Notes: generated from the letters alone by a model not told the origin. A DNA stretch of 64,000 nucleotides from Vicugna vicugna (GCA_013265495.1 MU060042.1:5886258-5950257); one strand, 5' to 3'; positions 47,930 through 60,810 are shown, counted from the first letter of the stretch. Program-made: numbers and translations.

Positions 47930-50900
47930 GTATTTTCCTTAAAAAACCAACCGGGTCCGCTTTGGGCGCTGGGGGAGCTGGCTGGTGGTGTGGGCACAGG
48001 TGGGCCGTGTGACGCTCTGGGTCCATCGCGGGTGCTGTGCAGGGTCCTCGGGTCCATCACGCAGTGCCGGGGGTTAAAGGGCCTGCAGGTGTGGGGCCTC
48101 CAGGAGGCCACTGTATGTGGCGGGGCAGCCCCGGGTCTGCCCGACCGGGCGGGCACCTCCGCCGTGGGTCCCGGGCCAGGTCCTGCTGCCAGGCCTCCCC
48201 ATGTGGATGGCAGTTCCCATTTCTCAGAATCACAGGCTGTCGGGGACAGGCGTCCAGACACAGAGTGGCCACGGTAGCCGCAGGGGTCCCTGCAAGATCT
48301 CACCCTCTGGACGAGCACCCCCACCCCAGACACACAGGCGGATGCTGTTGTTCTTTGTGTGACTGGTGGTCTCCGGGGTCCCAGCTGCTCTGAGCGTGTG
48401 CGTGTGCACTCTGCATGTGTGCTCGGAAGAGGGGGCTGTAGGTCTGAGGGGCCTTTTTCTCTGGTGTCTGGGGCCCCAGAGCGATAAGCCTCGGGTCGGC
48501 TGCAGGATGGATGCGGCGGGAGCACCGCTCCTGCCCGGTGGACGCCTGGCCTGTGCCACGTGGGTAGCAAGTGCGGGAGAGTGTGGGCCCCACTTCTCTC
48601 TCAAACTCTGGAGTCTGTTTTCGGGGCTGATTCCGTGCAGGGAGCTGGCCTCCGCCCACACAAGGGTGCAGCTGCCCCCCAGGCTGGGGAGGGGCCGCAT
48701 CTGGTACCTTGTTTCTTGTCTTCACTTTCCTGGTTTCTCGGGAGCATCAGGGCTGGACTCGTGCTGGTCGCTGAAAGGCGCGGAGGCACTCAACCCCCAT
48801 AATGGGGTCTTGATTTTGTACAGTTTGCAAGAAACTTAAGCACTTCAATCAAAATGGGTTTAAAGGTCCTTCACGAGTAACCTGGTCGGCCTGTGCAATT
48901 GTGCATATGATTGGAAAGTACACTTCAGATGATGGCTGGACCCCGACTGAGTGTGAGGTTAAGGGGGTATTTGTTACTGCAACGCCCTTCTTTGGAGGAC
49001 GTGAATTTTGAAATAATTTAACCTTTTGTGCATTAAACGTGTGTCCACCTGCATGGCGGGGAGGAAGGCCCGGCCGCGCACTGGGGCGTCACAGAGCCGG
49101 CGGGCTGCCCTTGCTGACTCACAGAGGAGATGCTGAGCGGCTTTCTGTGCTGTTTCTGAGACCAGTCAGCACCTCGGGCCCAGGACAGGGCTCAGCTGGT
49201 GTGGTCTGGTCATGGGGCCTTCACTGTGGCCTCGCGAGCGCCACGGGCAGGTCAGCCACTCGCCTGCAGGTGCAGGTGGGACTTGCCCTCGTCCTCCCCG
49301 GGGCCCTGGCCACACGCAGGCTGTGTGCCGCTGTCGGGGCCTGTCGTCCGCTCACCCTCTCCTGCAGTGGAGCCGCGTCTGGGGGGCAGAAGGTGAGAAA
49401 CCAGCGAGCGGGTGGTGACCAGACGCCCTGCGAACCCGTGCACCGAGACGAGTGAGACGTAACCCCCCAGCCAGGCCTCTGGGCGTCCTGAGACCCCACG
49501 CTCGTGTTTAACGAGGCCACGTGCGCCCTTGAACACGCTCTGTGTGAGTCCCGTGAGCGGAGACGGGGGAGCGGAGGCCCCGCCTCCTTCCTGTCCGTAG
49601 ATTCTCGGCAGAGCTCACACACCTGACACCTTGACGGCCTGTCGCTGCCGCTGGGCTTCCCCTGGTGGGTTTTCAGAGAAACCGCTATGGACAGTTTGGA
49701 TTAAAAGCACAGCTGTGCTCTGGGCATCCGACGGGGCCGTCCGACCCGCTTCGCAGCGCGGCCAGCGGGTGAGCGGTGAGCTCTTGTCTCAGGGCTGCTG
49801 GCCTGGGCAGACGTCGCCCCATGGACAGGCCTTGGAGCCGCTGCAGGAAGAATGGGGCCTCTCTGACCGCCGCCACGTCCGACACCCCTCCACCGCCCTG
49901 GGCAGCGGGCAGAGCTTTTATGAGCTTCTTGGTGTGGTTCCTCCTGACTAGAGGACTGGCCGTCACCTGCGTCCCCCTCACGGTGACTGAGCAGGGACCC
50001 CGGCCACGAGGGCGGCCCCAGGAAATGGGAGCAGACCCCCCGACGTCGGCCGGTCCCCCAGGGGTCAGCCGAGGCCGAGGGGAATGTCCCGAGGAGCAGC
50101 TCTCGGCTCGGCTGCGTGAGGGACGGGCATCCCCAGACGTCCGGTGGTTTTTCTCAGGTCTCTCTGTGTCCAGCAAGAGGCCCCAGCGTTGAAGTAGCCG
50201 TTCCTTCATGGACTCTTGTCGATGGTTGCGGCTTCTGTGTCAGACGTTGTCTCCAGGTGGATTCTGTGTGCGTGGAGACCGGTCATGCCCTCACCAGAGG
50301 GTCGTGTGCCCCGAGTGTCGGTCACCCCGCCTCCCACTGAAGACCTGTGGGTCTCCCCTCAGATCTGTGAGTGAGGGACACATTTGCACGTGCATGTGAA
50401 TGTCTGACCCAGCCTGACACACACACGGCAACACCAAGAAAGCGGCTACGTGGGCACCAGCTCACTCTTCTGGAGACGGGAGAGGAGAACGTCACCAAGT
50501 CCGTGACGCTGGCGCGGGAAGTCGCTCTGTCCTTCAGTCTCCTCACCTGTCCTGGGCAGCTCTTGGAACCTGTGTGAAGCCTGTTTTGGCTTTTCTGCTG
50601 CACAACAAGTCCCACCAGAACTTGGAGGCTGCGGCCTGCAGCACTTCGTCTGCCGACAGTGGTGGGTGGCTGGGCTCGGCCTCTGGCCATCCCGTGAGCT
50701 GGCAGGTCAGCTGGGGCCGGATGGCGGCCTTCTGCCCGTGTGCAGACCTCCCCCAGCTCTCCTCGGCAAGGTGACGGCATCCTGCGTGGGTGCTAGGCCT
50801 CCGCCTCGGGTGCTGGTCTCTAAAGGGTTCCTGGAAATCCCCCGGAGTGGACGCTGCGGCTGGTGTGTGCCTCACACCCAAGGGCTGTGACTTGGTCCTG

Positions 50901-52159
50901 AGACGCGCTGTTCAGACTTTCCTGGCGCTGACCTGGGAAGGGGGGTGGGAGGTGCAACGAGCGTCCACATGGACAGCTGTCGTCACCCCACCACGCCCGC
51001 CATCTGGGCAGCTGACCTCCGCAGGTGGTGTCCTAGGGTAGCCCTGGGCTGAGACCCCTCTGTGAGGGGCTCCCAGGGGGGCGGCAGGGCACACCCACAG
51101 CGGGCTGGCTGCGTGGGCACCAGAGCCGCTGGTCCCCGGTAGCCCCCGCCTGGGACTTACCCTGGACGGGCCGTCGGGGAGAGGGCACTGACCCCAGTGA
51201 GCAGAGAGCGGCGGCTGGGTCCCTCTGTCCTAAGAAGGCTTTCCCTCACTTTCTGGCCTTGGAGCTGAGTGATCAGCCCACAAGTCTAAGCTAAACGACA
51301 CTTCGGACCGTCTGGGAGGAGACCGGGCTACCCCGGCGCCCGTCTGCGGGGACGTGCAGGTGGGCGGGACCCTGGCAGGTGAAGCAGGTGCTGCTGGGGT
51401 CAGCAGGGCCCCGGCCTGCCCTTCTCCTTCGGCCCCAGACTCTGCCTTCACTGATGTCCAGGAAGCACCCTGGCCCCTGTGAGGGACTGCCCGGCTTCAG
51501 GGACTTGCACTCCCTGTGGGCTCTCCTTGTGGGTCCAGGCCGGCCTCTGAGGTCAGCGTTCAGGAGCCTGGTGCGGGGACGGGCGCTCATCTTGGCCTTG
51601 GTGCCCTCCCTGCCCCTCCTGGGCCCGGGCTGCCCTCTCCCTGTGGGATATGCAGGCCCAGTGTCCTGCCCACGAGAGGGCTGTCACTGTAGCTCCCTCC
51701 CTCGGTTTGCCCCAAACCCGCCCACCGTGCATGTGTCCTCCCCAAGGGCCGTGCAGAAGGTGGGCTGGGGCAGGCAGCCTGGACAGGGGGCGCCAGGCTC
51801 AGGAGGCCCCCGCTTCCACGTGGTGGTGCCCACGCAGTCCTGTCGGGCGATTCATTTTCATTTTTCGAGTCGGCTTTCCAGAGGTGTAACTCGCTGACCT
51901 CACGTGCCGCCCGTTCAAAGCTTGGAGGCTCCGGTGCGTCCAGAGCTGTCGTGCGTGCCCCAGGGCGTCTCCTTGCCCCGAGAGGAACCTGACCCGTTAG
52001 TGTCGCCCACGCCGCAGCTTGGCAGCATAGCCTGCTCTGTCCGCTCTGCTCGTCGGCTGGGAGCCTGCGTGCCCGTGCCCGGCTCCCTCCGCCCGTAGGT
52101 GTCAGGTCTGTCCACGCGGAGCGTCAGGGCGTCGCCCCTCCGAGGGCTGGTAGCCGCCC

Positions 52160-52300
52160 CACCCCTGCCCCGCGTGGACAGAGCACATCCTGTTTATCTG
52201 TTCAGAGTGGATGGACACCGGCGTCATGTGTGATGCTGCAGTGACTGCCGTGTGCACACGCATGTTCCTCCCCTGGGCGCACACCTGGCACTGGTGTCTC
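52160..52300 (-). mobile_element. Short, GC-drifted L1 3' fragment
   Basis: acatcctgtttatctgttcagagtggatggacac resembles the recalled L1 text acattttgtttatccattcatc.gttgatggacat. Confidence 0.45.
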
Positions 52301-55300
52301 CTGGGCCCTGGGGTCTCCACCTCCACCCTGGGAGCCTCGGCAGGCAGATAGCTTGCCTTGCCCTAGAGGCGCGTCTCCTGGTCCGTGTGGCTCAGAGGGT
52401 CCTGCGTGGGGTGGGGTTGATGAGGGAGGAGTGGACGGGAGATGCCGCCTGACACCTGCCCTGGCCCTCCCCAGGTCACCCCTGGTGGGTCTCCACCTGC
52501 TCACACCTCCTGTGGCTCCCGGGGTCCAGCCTGCAGGCCAGGAGCAGACGCAGCAGGGACCCTGCCTCGTGGGGCCGGGGAGCAGACGTCTGGCCTCAGA
52601 CGCTGGGGCTCTTCCTGAAGGAGGCCCTGCTGCGTCTCAGTCCTCCCGTCCGGCCCGTCAAAGCCTCGCCGTCAGTGCGGCAGGAGGGTCCCAGGAAGGG
52701 GAGCCCGCTCGGCCCCCTGCCCCACCCGCGGAGTGAGAGCAAGGACCCGCGGCCCCGGCCCGCGGAGGAAGCCTCCTGGCGGGTGTGGCGGGGAAGCCTC
52801 TCCGATGACTCACGCGGCAGGGAATTCCCTGATGACTTGGAATATTTTTACTTCTGGGCTTGTGCACAGTTTCCTACTGAGAAGCCCAGTGAGCGCCTGA
52901 TAAGGAGGCACACAAAGGCCTGTTCGGGGCTGGCCTTCCCGTCCTGTCCCTTCCCGGGGAGGCCGGGCTGCCCTGGGCGGGTGTCACAGGACGGGCGCCG
53001 GAGGCTGGAGCTGGGGGGGTGGGCCAGAGCAGGCGCCGATCAGCACCTCTCCCTGCTGGGGCCCTGCCCCGTCCCTGGACAAGGCCACGTGTGCGTTCCG
53101 ACCGTAGAGAGACGCTAGCCTTTAAGAGTCAGGCTCCGTTTAGGGTCCCCGAGGCCCGCCCTCTGCCTGGAATCCACCCTGGAATAAAGAGGCCAGGGAA
53201 GCTGGGGCCAGAGCCCCCACGCCAGGGTGGGCGGGAATGCAGGGAGCGGGGGCTCTGGGCACCTGGGGCTGAAGAGCCGGCCTGAGGGGCTTCGCTCTCG
53301 GTTGGTCTAGGGCCGGAAGGATCTGCGCCTTCCGGAGCCGTGAGGACCCGGGAGCTGGCGCAGCCGGCAAGGCCTGGCCCGCCCGCGGACATGGTGCTTA
53401 GTGGGATCACGTGGCCTGCTGGCCCCTGGGCAGGCACCCCAGGACGGCATTCCACAGGCCCAGGACGCCCTGGAGGGGAAGGACCCTGTCCCCCGGGGGG
53501 CATGTCCTCAGCACGCACGCCCCGCCGCCCCCTCCACGACTGCATTTCCCTTCGTTTTCGCTCCGTGGGTGAACCTGCCAGGCGCTCCCGGGAGGCCAGT
53601 CCAGTCTCCGGCCCCTCCTGGAGGATGGACAGTGGTGGACACTGGGTGCTGCTGGGTGTCCCTGGCCCCTCGTGGGCCTCCGTCTCCCCTCTCCTGGGCA
53701 GGTGCTGCCCTCCCCCATTCTGGCCAGGGAGGCCTGGACGCTGTGGAGAATTCCGTCGTGGGCTGTGAGCTGTGGCTCTGCCAGCCTCTGTCGACAGGCA
53801 GAGAAAAAGCAGCTGCGTGGTTTTGCCCCCAAACTTCAGGTTTTAACACTTCAGCTGCTCAGTGGGGGAGGGACAGAGATCGGCTCTGTCATCCGAAAAC
53901 GTGCTGTTTCTAAAAGGCATCAGGGAGGGGAGAGAGGTCGTTACAGGCGGAGTCGCTCTGATTTCCTCAGACACGTGGCGGGGGAGGCGGGGCATCAGCA
54001 CATCCGGGCGGGTCTAGGCCGCGGGCGCGTCACAGTGGCCCCGGGGGCCCGGGGTCCGTGGGCACCGGGGCCGGAGTCAGGGTGTTCTTTCCCCCGGGCC
54101 CCGAGCTCACAGGGGAAAGTTCGCCGCTTTGTAGACCTCAAGATGCCTTCGAGAGCAGCGGGCTGTTCTGTGGGTTTCCTGTTGTTTTTCCCAGCGGAGA
54201 GGTGGTGCAGTCTCTGGGCCGTGGGGCCCTGCTTGCCGTGGAGTGGGTCCATCTGGCAGATAACTCGCGCGGGGACCTCGGGCGTCCCGAGAGGCCGGTG
54301 TGGTCCTGGCGCCTCAGCCTCCCCGTGACTCATGCTTCCTCCCCGCTCCGCCCTCCAGCCCAGCCAGCACCGCCAGGGAGAAAAAGGAGATCTTGTCTAA
54401 CTTATTTATGATTTAGGGTTTGTAACACTTAGATCTCTTCTTTGCAAACAGAGGATCAGGACACTAAACGTATCCATAGCTATAGTGACTCGTGTGGGGA
54501 GCTGACTTCGCAAAAGATGGAGAGGAAAGAGGCCTCCGTCGGAGACTGACGTCTGTTCATTCAAAATAACGGCCAAAACCAGTCCCCCGACAGCGTGCCT
54601 GCCAGAGGGTTTTCCAGACTCTGGAACGCGCTCCCTCCGTCCCAGTGAGCGTGGGTTCCTGACCTCGCCCCTTCCAGGGCCCGAGACAATGTGCCCTTTC
54701 TTTCACTGGAGGCTTTTCATTTTTTCAAAAATGCAAACGGCCACTGGGGTAAAGTTAAAAATACCTTGTGTTTTGCATTGGTGGATCCTGATGTGGCAAG
54801 GAGCAGACACAGGAGGCGTTTTCTTCCCCACCCCCGGCAATTCCCTGAGCAGAGGCAGGGCCCGTGGCCCTCGCTGCATCAAACAGCTCTGCGCCCGGAG
54901 TGCGTCGTGCGCACTGTGGGCCAGAGCCGGTGGGGCCGGAGCCCGACCCAGACCCGGCCCACGTCCCAGCACGGCGCCCCTCTTGCTCGGGTTACCCGTG
55001 TTCCTCCAAGTGTGGACGCCCTTCCGCGGCTGCGCTGGGTAGGGGGCTTCTGCAGAGCAGGGCTCTGTGGGCCCCTCCAGGCACCCTGCTCTCACGTTCT
55101 GGATTTGAGCTTCTCCCGACTGGCTCTGGCGTCCACTCTCCCTGCTCAGCATGCACAGCAGCCCACCTGTGCCAGCAGGCGGCCCCCACGGCCAACCAGG
55201 CAGGGGAGCCTCTCACCAGAGGCTCCTGCGTGTGAGTCCTGTGTGCCTGCGTCCAGGTTGTAATTTCAGGTGGTGGCCATCAGGACGTGAGTAACGGACT

Positions 55301-55320
55301 CTCCCTCCCCTTCCTTGCAG

Positions 55321-55376
55321 ACGGGCACCACATCTGGGAAATGGAGGCGAAGACTGATGGAGACCTCTGCAAGCCG
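55321..55376 (+). CDS. NFATC1: NFATC1 IPT exon: (D)GHHIWEMEAKTDGDLCKP
   Basis: Not in the ORF track (too short); read directly from sequence. Acceptor ccccttccttgcag, donor CCG|GTGAGT, 56 nt. Confidence 0.97.
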
Positions 55377-56074
55377 GTGAGTGCGGCCCTGGGGTGAGGG
55401 GGGAGACGTGGGGCCCGGGGCCTCCTGACCACAGTGGCGGCCTCCTGGCCCCAGATACCTGGCTTCTCGTTTGTTGAAATGAACCGACTAATAAAAATAA
55501 CGGAGTAGGGGGTAGAAACGATGGAGGAACGGTTCCTGAAACGAGCGCTCTCAGGATGGAAGGTGAGGTGAGGTCTTGGACATGAGTGACCATGGAGGAC
55601 AGGGCACCATGTGGGCGGCAGGCCTCTTGCCAGGGGGCGCGGGGGCACTCGCACGCCCGGGGCTGCTGTCGCCGTAAGCTGCCTTTGTTACCAGGGCCCC
55701 CCCACTGGCCGCTGCCCCCTGGGGGACGCTGTGTGAGCCCGTGGGTGCCTCCGGGGCCGCCGGCGTCCGGGGCCGTGACGCCTTGTTTGTCCTCAGAGGG
55801 CGGCCAGGCCCCGGGCCCCAGTGGGGTCTCACCTGCCAGCCAGGGTGCCTGCGGGGCCTGCGCCCCGCCTCGTGTGGGGCCGCCGCACTGGCTCGGGGCC
55901 GTCCTGACGCTGGCCCCACGGCTCCCTTGGCTGTCCACACGCAGGAGCCTAAGGGTGACCGCTGTCCGGGGCTGCTGGTGGAGGGGGCTCTGTCTGAAGT
56001 TCCGTGGCGGCTCCACCTCCCTCTGACGGCGGTTCACAGGGTTGCTGTCCTCCAGCCCCTCGGTTTCCGTCTGT

Positions 56075-56230
56075 CTTTATATCTGAAGCAGGTCCCCGCA
56101 CACAGCGGAGAGCTGCGTCTTGTTTTTACCCACTGACACGCTGTCCTAGTCGGGGTGGGTAGACCGTTGGTGTTTAACGTGATCAGTGATGTGTGTGGGC
56201 TGGTGTCCACCATGGAGTGTGTGCCCTTCT
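56075..56230 (-). mobile_element. Old L1 ORF2 endonuclease-region fragment
   Basis: tatatctgaagcaggtc...gtcttgtttttacccactgacac...agaccgttggtgtttaacgtgatcagtgat resembles the antisense L1 EN consensus. Confidence 0.5.
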
Positions 56231-57189
56231 TGGTCCCAGAGAAGCAGCAGGAGTCTTCAGGTAACGTGATGCCCTGCAGCTAGCAGGTGATTTTTTGAGA
56301 AAATTCAAGTTTCTTCCAAGCTCTCTAGCTCATTCCCCCGAATGCTGTTAGAGACGTGCAGACAGTCCTCCTGAAAGTGCAGGAAATGTGGGCTTTGCTG
56401 GAGGGGTCTGGGTGGTCAACCTCTGCCCTGGGCCGGCCCCTCCCTCCACACAGGTGGCTCCGGGAGGAGGCAGCACCTTTTAGCTGTGACTTAAGCGTCC
56501 TCTTCCAAGCTCTGGTCCATTTAGCAGGGGCCTTACAGAAGTGTCAGAGGGGCAGATTCTTCCCTGACTCCAGGAGTGAAAACTGTGTCCACACCCTGCT
56601 GCCCTCATGGGCGCTGGGCCTGCCGCCTCACGCGCGCACTGCTTCCTGCCTTCCCCTGAGGAAGGGCCGCTGGCTCGGGCAGCTCGGCCTCCACGCCAGA
56701 CTCCTGGCCCAAACAGGCCGTTAGCTGCAGAGCCAGCCTTCAGGTTTGCCAGGACAGGTGCCGCCTCCCCTCTCCCCGCTGCTCCTGCCCTACTGGTCAC
56801 CGCGAAATGTGGGCCCACAGCCCCCGGTTCCAGCTCCAGCGTGGGCCCGAGTCCTCTCCACTCCCCAGGGCCCATGTGGCCGCCCCCTTCTCCCTGGGCA
56901 GGAAGAGAGGCCGCAGAAGTGGTGCATCTCTTGGTATCAAAATAATTCCACCAAGTTTGCATGTTCAGATTTTCCATCAAGTTTTTTTTTCCACTTTGAA
57001 CAGTGGGTATTTCAAAGGGAGCCAAACAGTTGACAGTTTTATGTTCTAAACGAGTGGGGAACAGGTGAACGGTGGTGGCCTGTAAGTTCACACTTCAGTG
57101 TAAGTTTACTCAGCTTACTCTTTTCTTAACTCTTCACTTTCACTGAACTTACACTTTCACTTTAAGCTCATCTCTCTTGTCTCTTAAAT

Positions 57190-57640
57190 GACGTCCACTT
57201 TTATACTTTTTGAATTGTAAAAGAATGTCATATTCATTGTGGAAACTTGGAAAATATAACAAAGGTGTCCTGGAAAAAGGACACCGCCTGGTGTAATTCC
57301 ACCACCGTCAGCGCTTGGGCACGTTTCCTGCCCTTCTCTTCCTGTTGTGGGTGTGTGTCGCGAGCTCCTGTGCACACTCACACACACATACGTGGACACT
57401 GTAGCATGCGTATTTTTAAAGCCAAGCGGGGTTGCGCTGTGTGGACGGTTTGTACACCGTCATGAGCAGGAGGCAGTGGATTTTCCGCACCAGCTCGCGT
57501 GGATGCACCGAGCGCCCTGCTAACCCTCAGCCTCCCGTCAGGACAGATCTTCTTACCTTACGGCGCATCCCAGCACCAGCGCCCCCACGGGGACGGCGGT
57601 TTGTCACGTAATTTCATCATCTGCCTATTTAGAGGACTGA
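57190..57640 (-). mobile_element. Old L1ME-type 3' fragment
   Basis: atattcattgtggaaacttggaaaatat...aattccaccacc...tatttttaaagcc resembles the L1ME3/4 3' consensus as recalled. Confidence 0.5.
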
Positions 57641-58918
57641 AGTATGTCCGTCTGAGCCCACATCAAACTAAGAGCTCACAGAACCTGGAAGTGCCGCCTG
57701 CCTGGGTCGCCCACCCACCCGGGTCACGGGCTTGCCCGGGTCGCCCGCCAAGACACTCCCTGCAGCCACCTTGTGACCCCGAGTCACGTCCCATTTTACT
57801 TCTGACCTCAGCTCAGGCAGCGCTCCTCCCTGTCTCGCCTCACTTCTGTGTCGAGCCGTCGTTGGGTGTCAGCTGTGTGCCCACGCCATCGTCACCTGTG
57901 GTGTCTCCTTCTGATAATTGAATCCTCGGGAAACACCCCTGGAGGTGGCGTCTTTCCAGTCCCCGGACAGGTGGTGAGACTGGGACTCGGGGTGTCAGAG
58001 CCAGGCTGGACACCTGCCCGTGTCTGACCAGACCTGGGTGCCCACGGTGGGTGCAGCCTCTTGGCCAAGACGCAGGCTGACCAGGCGCACACAGCCGTGG
58101 GCCGTGGCTTCTCCCAGACGAAAGGAGGTATTGAAGCACTGTGTTCCCCGGCACGAGTGTGGTTCCGGGGACAGACCCGAGAGGGGCTGCAGGCCAGCCC
58201 CAGGTCAGGCGCGTCAGGACGTCTGAGCACCAGACAGCCCAGATGCAGGCGCGCCGACCCCTAGCTGTGTCCTTCCACAGGGTGGGACACCCCACCGCCA
58301 TATTTTTGTATCTGTACTTGAAGGGGCTGAGTTTTGTAAAAGTGTTGCTGTTTAACTTAAAACACGGACGGGGAACAGCAACCTCTGTGCAGCACCCTGT
58401 TCCATCTGTGCTTGACGCCCACCCCTCTGGAACCTGCTGCGCCCGGCTCTCCTGTCCTCTTCAATTCGAGGGGTTGTGGCTCGGGCTGTGGGCCCCCGGA
58501 GACACCTGCAGGGCACGCTTCCCCTGGGGCTCCATTGCCGGCTACCTGAGCAGGGGCTCCCGGCTCCACCCGCGAGTCGGCCCAAGGGGGCCCTTTGTCC
58601 ATTTTCTCACGGTCATAATTTGGGGGCAGAAGGGTGCCCAGTAGCCAGTCCCGTCTCCACATTTGTCCTCACAGCTTCTCTCCTGGGTTGAGCTGGTGGC
58701 ATCTTAGGTGAAGCCCCAGCCTCCTGCCACACACAGTACCTCAGACCACCTCTCAGCTCCGGTCTGCGGGAGTCCAGGACCCAGGGGCTGTTCACCCCTA
58801 GGGAAAACCCGCCTCGTGCTCGACGCTGCGGAAGGGGCTTGTAGGCGACTGCCTCGCGCAGGCGGCTCTGCGTTTGGGACGCTAACGGTCTCCCTCCTGT
58901 CTGCCACTTTCTCACTAG

Positions 58919-59110
58919 AACTCGCTGGTGGTCGAGATCCCGCCTTTTCGCAATCAGAGAATAACCAGCCCCGTCCAAGTCAGCTTCTACGTCTGCAACG
59001 GGAAGAGAAAGAGAAGCCAGTACCAGCACTTCACCTACCTGCCCGCCAATGGTAACGCTCTCTTTCTAACCTTGAGTGCTGCGAACGAACCAATGGGGTG
59101 CTTTTCCTAA
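58919..59110 (+). CDS. NFATC1: NFATC1 last RHD exon (58919-59051, [44 protein letters not shown]) plus isoform-A read-through tail [19 protein letters not shown]
   Basis: Acceptor tttctcactag, second NLS KRKR, internal donor ATG|GTAACG at 59052 for long isoforms, stop TAA 59108-59110. Tail resembles the human isoform-A tail (GNAIFLTV...GCFF) as recalled. Confidence 0.96.
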   Translation, partial: NSLVVEIPPFRNQRITSPVQVSFYVCNGKRKRSQYQHFTYLPANGNALFLTLSAANEPMGCFS

Positions 59111-59438
59111 GAGACGCAGGAGCCGACTGCTGCGGCGGAGACACAGTGCGGTCCCACCGTGCGCTCGCGCGGCTGCCTTCTGTTAGCACGGTCACGTCTT
59201 CATTTCTTCCCAAAGAAAAGCGAAGCTTCTGGTGTATTTTCCTTCATTGCTGTTGGGGCGGGGCCGCGTTTGGGGTCATTATGATCGTGTTGCTGGCTGC
59301 TTGCACACACGCAACAGCCAAGGGGGGACGCGCTGCTCTTTTGTCTGAAAAGCTGGGGTGGATCTGGTGTGTTTAAATCCCATGGAAGTTTAAAGTGGAG
59401 AAGCAAGTAGCTGTCATTATTTTGCAGGTGCCTTTAGA

Positions 59439-59444
59439 AATAAA
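59439..59444 (+). terminator. Proximal polyadenylation signal (pA1) for short NFATc1/A mRNA
   Basis: AATAAA about 330 nt after the isoform-A stop. Other candidate hexamers: ATTAAA 60326-60331 and AATAAA 61150-61155. Confidence 0.7.
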
Positions 59445-60659
59445 CCCTTTCCATGAAGCCTGAAGGCCGGTGCCCGGCGTGGTCCTTAACTAACACCGGT
59501 GATTCTCATGCTCCCGCTAACGTCCCACACAAGCTTTTTGTGAATAACTGCATCTCCCCGTGACCGTGCGGCTTGCAGCCCGAAGCACCTTTCATTCGAC
59601 TGAGAGGTCCCTTGTTCAGGCTCACGTGCTTTGAGGACGGTTTCTTTTCCCTAAAAAAGTCCTGTTTGCCTCTTCCACTTTCCAGGTGTTTTCTTACGGA
59701 AAACACTGCTGTCTGCCGTTCCACCCTGACCTGGCAGGAAGTTGAGCCTCCCCGAGTGTGCTCAGAGCCCCCGGTCCCGTCACCCTCCTCCCGGTGGACG
59801 GGTGTGTCCAGCGAGGACCGCGTCCTGATTGGTTGTGTCAGGTGCACACGCAGCTGGCCATCAGTCCTGTTGCACTGCAGCTTTTGTTCTAAAAACTTAA
59901 AAGAGATGCGTACAATCTAACAGGGACATCATAAACTAAAAACAGATTGCAAAATCTGCAGTGTCGTCATTTACTAAAATCAAGGAATTCTTGTAGGTTT
60001 CGGCTTTCTCTGAATGTGAAATGTCACTTACATGATAGAAAGCTCTGGGATGCTCGTGTAGACGCCAAACAGAATTAACTGTTTTGGGGACAAACACTAG
60101 CCATGCCTTTCCAGGTTTGAATGACGTGATTGTGTTGTGAAATCGCGGCGTCGTGAGCGTGTTCAGTCACAGGAGTGCAGCAGCGGCATTTGCCCCCCGC
60201 CCTGGGGCCCGGCTGCTTGTGGTCTGGGCCGCGAGCGCCTCGTGCCTCCTCTCCATTCGTGGAGTAACGAACTACGTACCTTACAGAAGAGAGCAGGCTT
60301 TTTTTAATGTGATGATTGTGTCCCAATTAAAATTCGTATGTGCTTGACTGAGGGAAAGCTATGCTTTACAAAGAAAATGGCTTTTCAAACCAGAGTAGAA
60401 AGCAGCTCTAGCATTGATGTTTTCTGCAGTGCCTGCCCCAAATTTACCTCTCGCTCACACAGACCCCCCCAGCGTCAGAGGGGGAAGGGCCAGTGCTCAT
60501 GGTGTGCCTCTCCGGGGGTGGGGGGCAAGGCCCCAAAGACAGGTTACTGAGGTCATGGGGCAGGGCTGTCCCGAGTCACTGTCTCCCCCACCCCACAGGA
60601 AACCTTCAGTCCTGCAGGTCCCTCCCACAGGGGTCGGACCGGCTCTCTGCTCAACACCC

Positions 60660-60810
60660 CCTCACCCCCACGTCTGCCCGACACCCACCACCCCTGCGTC
60701 TGCCCGACCCCCCNNNNNNNNNNNNNNNNNNNNNNNNNNNNNNNNNNNNNNNNNNNNNNNNNNNNNNNNNNNNNNNNNACCCCCACGTTTGCCCGACACC
60801 CCCGCACCCA
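60660..60810 (+). repeat. C-rich ~26-bp minisatellite (acccccacgtctgcccgacacccacc) with an internal gap
   Basis: Two units before and one after the N run. Confidence 0.8.
60714..60778. other. Assembly gap (65 N) inside the C-rich minisatellite
   Basis: N run. Confidence 0.99.

Larger units (their letters stand above)
8650..59470 (+). other. NFATC1: NFATC1 gene span for the short isoform A (approximate P1 TSS to proximal poly(A) site); long-isoform 3' exons lie downstream of the window
   Basis: Nine coding segments with GT-AG boundaries and matching phases translate into a complete NFATc1. Ends are approximate (TATA-like TTTAAAAA 8617-8624; AATAAA 59439-59444). Confidence 0.97.

Noticed and set aside
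46848-48570. Long overlapping ORFs (392, 357 and 257 aa) around the 47789 exon
   Set aside because: Stop-poor GC-rich intron; only the 141-nt segment with splice sites matches NFATc1.
49650-49672. gggcttcccctggtgg resembling the start of a CHR/Bov-tA SINE
   Set aside because: Similarity stops after about 16 nt; no B box or SINE body.
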